A stretch of DNA of 64,000 nt from Chrysomallon squamiferum. Its lineage: Eukaryota; Animalia; Mollusca. The stretch's first letter is position 1. The number at the start of each line of letters is the position of its first letter. This document shows, piece by piece, positions 54,000 to 64,000 of the stretch. The stretch lies in contig CM022669.1 of NCBI GenBank assembly GCA_012295275.1, positions 992,001 through 1,056,000 on the forward strand. Direction: 5' to 3'. The notes under the pieces were generated by a model that saw only the letters and a list, made by a program, of their open reading frames with translations, did no database searches and was not told where the DNA came from. The translations under genes were made by a program, and so were the position numbers.

Positions 54000-56900
54000 T
54001 AATTAATGTTTGAAATAATTATTAATTTTACATTATTGTTTACAAATATTTATTTATTTATTTATGTATAATAATTTTAAAATTATATTTTTATATAAAT
54101 AAATGTTTTATTTGACCAGACTTGGTAATTTGCTCAGTTGTCTATGTCTCCAAGTTGAGATCGATACACAACTCTGACATTTTGTCAATGCTAATTAAAG
54201 CGTTGCTATGTTGACACAGGACAGTGTTGCCGATGGTGACCCTGTGCCTCATCTTTCTATTTCCAGTCTGTTTTCATCTAGCCAGGAATAATTCCTCCTG
54301 TCTCAGAGTCCTGCAGAAACCTCCAGTGACCAGTCTGCTGTTTAATACACTTAACTGTTATTTACTTTAGTATGTACACAACATTCTTCTTTTATTTTCT
54401 CCACTTTTTATTTTTTTATTTAATTTATTCTTGTATTTTTTGTTAGTTATTTATTTAGTTAGTTATTATTTTATTTTATTTTATTTTATTTTATTTTATT
54501 TTATTTTTTTTTTTTCATCTATAATTCTTTTCTCTTCTTTTTTATTAGAAATTAAAAGAAAACACAAAGAACTGTTACAAATTTATCAAAATCCAGGATT
54601 TTATAAACATTTTGTAACAGTTAATTTTTAGATGGATACATACTATGTAATTTATTTCAAATAAAAATCTTGTTTTTAACCACCATCATAGCTGCTATGT
54701 TTAATAAAGTACATTCAAGGTAATTATTTTCATAAGGTCAAAGGTCATCAAGATTTAATACACTAAGAAAAATAATGGTCACTTTTCTTTACAATGATCT
54801 CAACTGTCTTCAGTTTCAGTAACTAAAAATTGGTTCTGTATCCACTGTTTTTTATTCAAAATCCAGACTTTGCGTTGATGCAAGAAATAGTTCCACCCGT
54901 AATGAAATAAAATTTTAATTTACTGCAAAACTTGAGTGTTCTTCTGTTAAAATCACTCAGTGATGTGATGATTATTAAAATGATTTCACTTTATTATTAG
55001 TATTGACAGCATTATGTAAATTGATCGAATTTTAGAAATTTCATAGTTTTCAGATCAGAACTTCAGTCAGATTACTTCCAGTTAATGTTTTGAAACATTA
55101 CCATATAAGAATATATGAAAACCATTTTGTTTATGGTAACAATTGTGTTTATTGTTGAATCTCTATTAAATATATGTTCTGCATAATAAACAGGGTATTA
55201 ATACTAGTAATCATAGCATACTAATTAATTATATATTTGTGTTACATCTTGAAAAGAAAGAAGATTAATGAATATTCTCACATATTCTTTTTTTACTGTT
55301 GGTGAGTTTTTTCCTACATTATCTTGCTGCACAAATGTCCATTTACATGCATTGAGCATTTTGTCAGTTTGTTCTGGACACGAGTGTAACTGAAGAAAGA
55401 TGAATGTACAGATATTAGTTAACAACTCGAGGAAGAGGGTTAATATCGCCGCGCTTGGCTGCAGCAGTGTCCTGTGTGGTCGCGTGTCACTTGTTCAGAT
55501 CGATTGTGAGTCTGGTGATGTTTGGTATAGCGTGATATCTAACAGCAGCATTTGATTACTCTGTACTCCACTTTGACATCAACTCTCTTTAAATGATTTA
55601 TAAGCCTCAGCTGCTTTTATTTTATTTTATTTTATTTTTTACTTTGGATTAAAGATATTTTTGAAAGTGTTTTTACTTGTGATTATTTTGTTGATTGATT
55701 TATTGACATATTCTATGGATAACTGTTCTGAAGGAGAACATGTTGATGTAAAATTATTTGTTTATATTTGTGTAAAACTGAAACATTTGTGGGTTTTTCA
55801 AGTAGATCTTGATGCTGTGATAAGTGAAGTACATTTTACTTTATTTTGTAAACAAAGATGTTTTTAAACAAAGGCTAAGGATGTAAGAATTGGAAAACAG
55901 AACAAAGTTTTAACTAAATGTTATTAAAAATATTCTACCAATGACAGTAAATTTAGATTTATTATTATATATATATTTTTTGTATTATTGTTACATGTAT
56001 GTAATTTCTAATCAGTTGTTCTGACTCTATTTTTTTGCTTCTAAACTACAGAGATTCCTGTGACAGCACAACAACAACAATTAAAATAATAACCAGAACA
56101 AAAGAATTAGAAAAGTTAAATTTCACTTTTTACACTAGAACACAAGACAGTACATGTGATTTTCTCTTGTTTTGTTAGATGAGTTAGCAGGTCTGGATTT
56201 CACAACACATGTTTTGTATTAGAGCAGACACACTCTGCCAGACACTTGCTTTGATGAGAAAAATGATGTTTTCCAAATTATTTCCCATAACCAGAAGCGG
56301 TACACCTGATTTATTAGAAAATCAGTGAGTTGATGAGCGCTGTGTTTCAGCAGACAAACTGACATAAATCACACCAAATGACCATTACTTCATCTCATTA
56401 ATTACTAACATAATAATCTTGTCATGATTCAAGTCCAGCGTGTGCCAGTGCTTCTCAGCCTGAATCACTTCTGCTTCAACATGTATGTGACAAATTAACA
56501 TGGGACAGTAATTCTCGGGTAAATGGGCGATAAAACACTTTGACAAACAGGGACAGTTTATTATAGCGATCCGACGCAAAATGATTTCCATGACAAATTG
56601 AAAAAGATGGGAAAAAATGGCCGTGGTAATTCATTTTCATGGCTTGTAATTAAAATAAAATAGCAGTAAAATGTGAGTGTAAAATGACAGAATTACTGAG
56701 AGAATTGACAAGAAGTAATTGAATAGTTATAATTCATGTTTAATTAATGATCCTTTGGAAATAATGAATTTTTTTTTTTTTCATTTTCCAGTACAAATTT
56801 GATAAAAATTAAATATTGCAGATGTTATTAATTTTATAATTTGTTTTTTGTATTAATTATTATTATTATTATTATTATTTTTAGTATTAAAAAAATTATA

Positions 56901-58609
56901 TATTTCTAAAAATGTTTTATCTCATGTGGAGATTGTGATGAATTTCAGTCCGTTGTTTCCACTTTGCTTTCAGCTATTTTACAGAACTAATTATTTTTTA
57001 TAAGGAGTTCATTTATTCTGGAGTTACTGACTTGAGTGTTGAATATGTCAGTGAAATGAAACTGTTGTAAAGCAGGTTTGCCTGGGCACTCTGAGTTAGA
57101 GTGTGTGTTAGAAGCAATGTTTAGTGACATGCAGTCACAAAGTTTATCCTACTCAGCAGTAGGAGAGAGAAAGGAGTCAAACTGTTTGCAACAGTTGCGT
57201 GATCTATCAAGTTTCTAAAGATGATTTTATTTCAAGTTTTATAATGTGTGACTGCTGCGGTTGTGAGGCCTGATTAAATTAAATTAAGTTACAACGACAG
57301 TTAACAAATGACAGCAGCATCATACCACACGTTTTTATAATTTGCAGAGTTTTACAAATTACACATCCAATCCACAAAACAGTTGATGAGAGAAATTCAT
57401 TAAAAGAAGAAAAAAACGAGTAATTTTTCACATCTGGCTGCGACTGCTGTAAAACTGAGCAGTCTCATTTGGGCCAGACATCACACTGATGAGCAGCATC
57501 GCGATGATGACAAATGGCCGAGTGTGACCCGCTGCCTGTAGATGATTGGTCAGTTTGGCGGTATTACACAACAAGTCGTTTACAGTAAACGGCAACAAGA
57601 TTTGCAATGATTTTCTGTGACATCGCTGCCCGTGATCAATAAGAGTAGCGTCACGCTTGGCTGGCCACAATCGGCTGTAATAGATGTCCCAGTGAGATGC
57701 GTGTCACGCTATATTAGACAAATCCCTCGGAGCTGCTCGCATAATTAAATAACAACAAAACACAATGAGCATATTCCTCTTGATCAGATATACTCGGTTT
57801 GATCTTCACTTTATCACTTTTCTTTTCTTTCTAAATTCTTTTATGATTTCATTCCTCCCTCTCTCTGAGCTTGTGCTTGATCTTAGTCTTTTTTGGTAAA
57901 CTTTCATTTATTTATTTATTTTAATATTTTCAGGCTGGTCTTCATTTATTTTTCCTGATGTTCTTTTTGTTTTGTTTTTGTTTTTCCTTCATTTCCTTCA
58001 GTTGTAAGATATTTTTCATGTCATTTTTGAAGAGAATATAGATTTATTTAAATACTATCTTATTTTTCAGTTCAGTTTTAAAATTTGTTTTTTCTGTATT
58101 TCATTTTTTAAATACTTTCTTATTTTTCAGTTCAGTTTTAAAATTTGTTTTTTTTGTTATTCATGTTTCTTTTTTATTTTCCTCCCCGAACCATCACCAC
58201 CATTCTTATTAGCATAACCATCACCACCATCATCATTGTCATCACCATCAATGTGATTAATTTGATGTATAGTTTCTAAATACTGTGTTGTGTTACAGTT
58301 GTAACTGTAAATGCTCACACAGTCCTGTCTTCACATAGGCTACTCTTATCTCAGACTTGGCTGGAACTGGACAAACTGGGTAGAGGAGCCTTAATTGGTT
58401 TAAACATACTCTTTCTAGTAGTTACTGTCTGCAGCATACACAGAGATCATCTTTAAATTGTCTGAATAACTTCATTCTCTTTGTGTGCATCTTTTGTAGA
58501 ACTGTGTGGTGTTTAGTTTTCAGTATTCATATATTTGTATAAAAGCAACTGACTTTATTTTATAAAATTTTAAAAAAGTTAGAATACCAACAAGATTTTG
58601 TTATTTCAG

Positions 58610-58691
58610 ATACAACAGCTTGAAAATAGAGAAAGGAATGTTTCTGATATGCAGCGCAAAACTATGGAAAGTTCAGAACGGGATAAATATG
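58610..58691 (+). CDS. CNTLN: Centlein exon IQQLENRERNVSDMQRKTMESSERDKY(G)
   Basis: ttatttcAG ... G|GTAATT, phase 0 to phase 1, consistent across the 10,640-bp intron 47970-58609. Confidence 0.85.
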
Positions 58692-58977
58692 GTAATTATT
58701 AAAATACTCATCATATTTCTGATTTTATTTTACACATGGATTAGAAAAAATAAATGCAAGAGATGCTATTTAAATAAAACATTATGCAATTCTTTACTAT
58801 TACCTTGTTATTTATTTGTGCAGATTGCATTGTAGCTTTATTTTAAATGAAAATACAAATGCTGCATGCACACACGCACACACACAAAAATCTCATTTAA
58901 AAATGCCTTGTTTGTGTGTACCTGAATAAACATTTATTAATGATAAGACTGTAAACCTAAGATATTGTTTTTTACAG

Positions 58978-59081
58978 GTTTACAGAGGAAAATTGCAGAA
59001 CTGACCTCTGAACTGGAAATGATTAAATCTGAGAAACAAGAAAGTGTTTCAAGGAAACAAGATTTGGAGAACAAGATTAGG
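58978..59081 (+). CDS. CNTLN: Centlein exon (G)LQRKIAELTSELEMIKSEKQESVSRKQDLENKIR
   Basis: tttttacAG ... AGG|GTTTGT, phase 1 to phase 0, coiled coil. Confidence 0.85.
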
Positions 59082-59115
59082 GTTTGTTCAAGTATTTTTT
59101 AATTATTATTTTCAT

Positions 59116-59116
<1 letters not shown>

Positions 59117-59146
<30 letters not shown>

Positions 59147-59239
59147 ATTTCTTTTAATTTATTTTATTTCTTATTTTTTTATTTATTTGTTAGCATTATT
59201 TTTTTATTTATCATTAATATTATTTATTACTGTTATTGC

Positions 59240-59297
<58 letters not shown>

Positions 59298-59347
59298 TAT
59301 TACTGTTATTGTTATTGTTGATGTTGTTATTGTTATTATTGTTATTC
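59117..59347. repeat. (GTT)n/(ATT)n microsatellites filling most of a short CNTLN intron
   Basis: Directly visible. Confidence 0.92.
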
Positions 59348-59350
59348 TAG

Positions 59351-59407
59351 GTCTTGGAACGTGAACTTTCCAGCAAGATGACCAAGTTTGAAGATATTGT
59401 GAAGGAT
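59351..59407 (+). CDS. CNTLN: Centlein exon VLERELSSKMTKFEDIVKD
   Basis: ttattctAG ... GAT|GTAAGA, phase 0 to phase 0. Confidence 0.85.
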
Positions 59408-59701
59408 GTAAGAGATTCTGACAATTTTAATTAGTATTTAAATATTTTGTCAGTTTTAAAAACTGCTTAACACTGGATTTTCTTTTCATAAATTACTCTT
59501 CTTTCAATACTTCAGCAACATTGCATATTATAGTCTCAATGTATGTGTCAATCTTAAACAGGCATATTTATAAGTTACAGTACAGATATTACTACCTGTA
59601 TCCATATACAGAGAAATGTTCAAACAGTCTTTCATAAACCAGTTTTGTTAAAAATATGTGAAGAAAATGATTTACTCGTTGCTCTGTTTGCTCTTCACCA
59701 G

Positions 59702-59799
59702 TTTGAAGATGCCAAAACAAAACTTTGTCTTCTGGAGTCTGAAACTCAGCAACAGCAGCGAGAAATCAACTACAAGAACCGCGAACTTGAAACTATCAG
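59702..59799 (+). CDS. CNTLN: Centlein exon FEDAKTKLCLLESETQQQQREINYKNRELETI(R)
   Basis: ctcttcaccAG ... AG|GTAAGT, phase 0 to phase 2. Confidence 0.88.
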
Positions 59800-59805
59800 G
59801 TAAGT

Positions 59806-60752
59806 TTAGTGAAACTATCAACATAGTAATCTAACATAGTGAAATTAATTATAAACTTTATCAATATAGTATCATGTTACATAGTGAAATTAATTATAAA
59901 CTTTATCAATATAGTATCATGTTACATAGTGAAATTAATTATAAACTTTATCAATATAGTATCATGTTACATAGTGAAATTAATTAAAAATACTATCAAC
60001 ATCAAAATGAAAATTATTTATAAACACTATAAATATATCAATATAGTTATAAATACTATAAATATATCAATATAGTTATAAATACTATAAATATATCAAT
60101 ATAGTGAAATCAGTTATAAAAAAACTATAAATTTATATAACATAGTGAAATCAGTTATAAATATTATAAATACATCAACATAGTGAAATTAATTATAAAT
60201 ACTATAAATATATCAACATAGTATCATGATACATAGTGAAATCAGTTATAAATACTATAAATACATCAACATAATGAAATCAGTTATAAAAAAATTATAA
60301 ATACAGTATACCCTCACCTATTCATGGTTCCCCATTCAAGGCCCCGCATAAATATATCAATATAAACAATATAAATACTATAAATATATCAATATAGTGA
60401 AATCTGTTACAAATACTATAAATATATCAACTTAGTGAAATCAGTTATAAATACTATAAATATATCAACTTAGTGAAATCAGTTATAATTACTATAAATA
60501 TATAAAACATAGTATAATGTTACATAGTGAAATTAATTATAAATACTATAAATACATTAATATAATTAAATCAGTTATAAAACAACTATAAATATATAAC
60601 ATAGTGAAATCAGTTATAAAACAACTATAAATACATCAACATAGTGAAATCAGTTATAAAAAAACTTAAATATATCAACATAGCAATATCAACTACAAAA
60701 ACCATGAACTAGGAACTATCAGATAAAATTTATCAGCATAGTGAAATTAATT
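59806..60752. repeat. AT-rich irregular satellite (~38-45-bp units, catagtgaaat(t/c)a(a/g)ttataaa...) ending in a decayed copy of the preceding exon's 3' end
   Basis: 45-bp period at the start of the array. 60688-60726 matches 59765-59803 at 33/39 nt. Confidence 0.9.
60304..60348. mobile_element. Possible solo terminal fragment of a Tc1/mariner-pogo-type element inside a satellite
   Basis: GC-rich 45-bp insert CAGTATACCCTCACCTATTCATGGTTCC... with TA on both sides. Resembles pogo/Tigger-type TIR starts. Confidence 0.35.
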
Positions 60753-60919
60753 AGAAAAATGTGAATTAGAAATTAGAAATTTAGATTTAAAAATGTAGTT
60801 AAAATGAAATTCTGGAGAGGAAACAGGTGAGAAAGATAACAGTGAAGGAGAGTGAAGGAAGAGAAGAAATGAAAGAGATGCAGAATCAACAAGAATCTGA
60901 GATCCTTGATTCTTAGACA

Positions 60920-61078
60920 TTTATTTGTTTGTTTGTTTATTTATTTATTTATTTATTTATTTGTTTAGTTAGTTGTTTATTTATTTGTTTATTTGTTTAT
61001 TTATTTACTTATTTGTTTGTTTCTTATTTATTTATTTCTTATTTATTTATTAATTTGTTTGTTTGTTTGTTTGTTTGT

Positions 61079-61117
<39 letters not shown>

Positions 61118-61145
61118 TTTGTTTATTTATTTGTTTATTTATTAA
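60920..61145. repeat. (TTTA/TTTG)n microsatellite
   Basis: Directly visible. Confidence 0.93.
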
Positions 61146-61156
61146 TTTTACTACAG

Positions 61157-61266
61157 GAAGGAGTTGTCTGAGCTGTGGTCAAGCCACAATCAGCTGACTG
61201 ACCACTCAAGTCAACAAGCTCAACTCATTCGACAGCTGCAGTCCTTGCATCAAGACACTCAGAGAA
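61157..61266 (+). CDS. CNTLN: Centlein exon (R)KELSELWSSHNQLTDHSSQQAQLIRQLQSLHQDTQR(M)
   Basis: ttactacAG ... A|GTACAT, phase 2 to phase 1. Matches the centlein RKEL.EL...H..QQA.LI.QLQ.L..DTQ motif (recalled). Confidence 0.92.
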
Positions 61267-61699
61267 GTACATTTCAAATTGTGTTATTACTGGTTTTTAT
61301 TACTACTATGACCATTATTACTCCTACCATTATTTTTTTTAATTTAGTATGGTAGTATAAAATAGTAGTAGTAGTATTACTAATACTATTATTACTGCTG
61401 CTACTACAACCATTGTTATTAATAGTAGTACTACTGTTACTACTAGTACTACTACTACTAGTATTACTACTACTACTATTTTATTTTATTTTTTTCATTT
61501 GTTCCTTTTAGGATTGTAGAATACATCTATTAAATGCTAATTTCTTGAATGTACAAACATCAGTATTCATAAACATATAATTTATGATTTTGTTGTTTTA
61601 ATAAAAAAATATTAGAAAAATAAACACTAGCTAATAATAATGAGATGTTTTAAAACCAGAAAATGTTTAAATGCTCACTGGAACATTTGTTTATTTCAG

Positions 61700-61752
61700 T
61701 GATGAAAAACCAAGAAGATGCGTTTTCTTTAGAAGCAGTGTCTGTTCAACAG
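61700..61752 (+). CDS. CNTLN: Centlein exon (M)MKNQEDAFSLEAVSVQQ
   Basis: ttatttcAG ... CAG|GTAACT, phase 1 to phase 0. Matches the centlein NQED...E..S.Q motif. Confidence 0.9.
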
Positions 61753-62110
61753 GTAACTAGTGATTCACCCACACACTTTCACAGTTAACTTGAGATTCAC
61801 CCACACACTTTCACAGTTAACTTGAGATTCACCCACACACTTTCACAGTTAACTTGTGATTCACCCACACACTTTTACAGTTAACTAGTGATTCACCCAC
61901 ACACTTTCACTGTTAACTAGTGATTCAAAACACTTTCACAAACATAGCATTATAACTTGAGATTCAAAACATTTTAATAATGTATTCTACACTTTCACAG
62001 TTAACTTGAGATTCACCCACACACTTTCACAGTTAACTATAGATTCATACATGTTTGTTATGTAGATTCACAACAAGTTTTGACACCCACACTTTCACAG
62101 TTAACTTATG
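61749..62110. repeat. 32-bp minisatellite whose first unit spans the exon/donor junction
   Basis: acag|gtaactagtgattcacccacacactttc followed by acagttaacttgagattcacccacacactttc copies. Confidence 0.92.
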
Positions 62111-62214
62111 AATGATACAAACATGTTATAACTACAAAACATTTTAATAATGATCTATGTGTGTGTTTTATGTTAGATGCAATAATGTTTGTATGTATAT
62201 TACAAATGCAACAA

Positions 62215-62411
62215 TAAAAGATCTCAGATATGTTATGAATGTTACATGTTAAATTCAGATCTCAGACATCTATACAAATGTTTTATGTTAATTACAGATC
62301 TCAGAGATATTACAAATGTTTTGTATTAATTACAGATCTCAGAGATATTACAAATGTTTTGTGTTAATTACAGATCTCAGAGATATTACAAATGTTACAT
62401 GTTAATTACAG
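62215..62411. repeat. 38-bp minisatellite whose units contain copies of the acceptor ttaattacAG|at
   Basis: ttaattacag at 62288, 62326, 62364 and 62402 (the real acceptor). Confidence 0.92.
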
Positions 62412-62495
62412 ATGTACACAGATCTAAGTACAAGATATGAGGCATTGAAGAAAACAGAATCAGATCTAAGACATGAGATTGTCAGTCTGAAAAAA
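62412..62495 (+). CDS. CNTLN: Centlein exon MYTDLSTRYEALKKTESDLRHEIVSLKK; the gene continues beyond the window
   Basis: ttaattacAG ... AAA|GTGAGT, phase 0 to phase 0. Resembles centlein LY.EL...FE..K..E..LR. Confidence 0.9.
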
Positions 62496-63646
62496 GTGAG
62501 TCTTTACTTTTACACACACACACAGACACACACACACAAAACTATAAGTACATACATAAACACACATACATACAGTGTTTTATATTTTAATGTTTGCCTA
62601 GTTCTTAAATGTATATGTGAATATGCATAGTAAGTTGAAAATAACTACCTCAGCCCATGTCACCAGCTTTCCCTTGTTCCTTGACAACAGTGAAATGTAA
62701 AAATTTCATGTAGTCATCAGACAGCGTGTAGAGTTTTACAGCTCTGGTTGTGTGTGTTTTTTTGATAACTAAACACACAGATTATAAATAACACATCTTT
62801 TTCCCTGTTTGGGTTATGTTGCAGAAAGTTCAGCCATGTTTGATTATTTCATTTGTTTATTTTAGTTAACACAGATAACCAGTAACCTGTTTACAGGTAA
62901 AACATGGAAGTGTGTGAATGTAAGAGCAGCTGATTAGCTAGTTTGAATCATTCAGTATGATGACTAACACAAAACTGTTCACAAAACTGTACACTTTTCA
63001 AACAAGGGACATAATTTGCATGTAAAAGAAATGTCTACACAGGCCAGTGTTGAAGTAATAAATGAAACTTTTGATATAAATAATAAAATAGAGTGTGTGG
63101 AAACTGGGAAAGGTGAAAGAGAAAGGACATTATCAAACAAAAAAAACAAAACAATTAAATAAAAAGAGAAAAGCTTGCTGTCTCAGAATCAGAGTAGTCA
63201 GTAAAAACATAACGTGCTAATCAGAGTGATCTGTTGTGAAGCCTGTCTGTGACAGGAGCCAGGTGTTTGTCTGTCACAACACAGACACTTCATGTTTGTA
63301 CAACCAGCATGCAAGCCTGATTTGTTTTGGTTAATTTTCATGATAATCTGACCAATGGGGTGTGCAATGACAGGATCAGTAGAGGTGTCCACTTTATGAG
63401 GTGTCCACTTTATGAGATTGTCTTTCAGTGTGAAAAGTTTCTTACTGCTGGATGATGAGAAGTGACACAAGTGGGTTTCCTCTCTCTCATCATCACACAC
63501 TTTGTTTTACAGTAAAATGTCTTTGATTCATCTGTTTTGATAACTCACATATCTACAAATCAGTCATGTCATTGTTTTCCTCCACACCTAGTCAGCAAAA
63601 AATATAAATAATTGTGTGAGAAAATGAAATTCTGAATTTAGTGCAA

Positions 63647-63780
63647 CCATGTGAAAATGTAAAATTCTAAATGTAGTCAGCAAAATCATGTGAAAATGTA
63701 AAATTCTAAAACTAGTCTGTGACATCATGTGAAAATGTAAAATTCTAAAACTAGTCTGTGACATCATGTGAAAATGTAAG
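63647..63780. repeat. 39-bp tandem repeat, ~3.5 copies
   Basis: catgtgaaaatgtaaaattctaa recurs with a period of 39. Confidence 0.92.
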
Positions 63781-64000
63781 TGATATGACAAGATGGTTAT
63801 AAAAATAATGCTAGTGTAGGGAAAATTAAAAGAAAGTGAAGTTTATAAATATACAATTATGTCCTGCAGTTACAAAGTGTTAGAACTTACTGCTAGTACA
63901 AGAAAGATAATTATTATTTGAAAAGTTTTAGTTTTATTTCAGAATAGTGTGGTATGAAATAGTAAATGTATTTTGTTATTAGTAGCAACTGAATTGAGAT

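Overview
AT-rich, CpG-depleted, microsatellite- and minisatellite-rich animal genomic DNA. It is probably an invertebrate; decayed tRNA-SINE remnants resemble a family I recall from gastropod molluscs (inference). Almost all ORFs in the supplied track are artefacts of simple repeats. Two spliced genes can be rebuilt by hand with phase-consistent GT-AG exons, and they sit head-to-head. (1) Minus strand: the 5' part of a basonuclin (BNC1/BNC2, disco family) gene, with exons 24277-24175 and 1008-770 separated by a 23.2-kb intron, plus candidate upstream exons 31593-31515 and ending at 38151. The zinc-finger exons lie off-window to the left. (2) Plus strand: the 5' part of centlein (CNTLN), 12 coding exons from 45200 to 62495 (335 codons), continuing off-window. 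BNC2 and CNTLN are also divergent neighbours at human 9p22, so this looks like an ancient conserved gene pair or genomic regulatory block. The long introns contain many short, GC-richer, CpG-retaining, motif-dense islands (candidate enhancers) between AT-rich spacers, including in the 10.6-kb intron of CNTLN. Other notable structure: three tandem arrays in CNTLN introns built from copies of the adjacent splice junctions, an interlocked two-uORF leader on CNTLN, an old degenerate repeat with a conserved motif core, and a minisatellite that switches unit length from 50 to 55 bp. No rRNA, intact tRNA, CRISPR array or intact transposase was seen.
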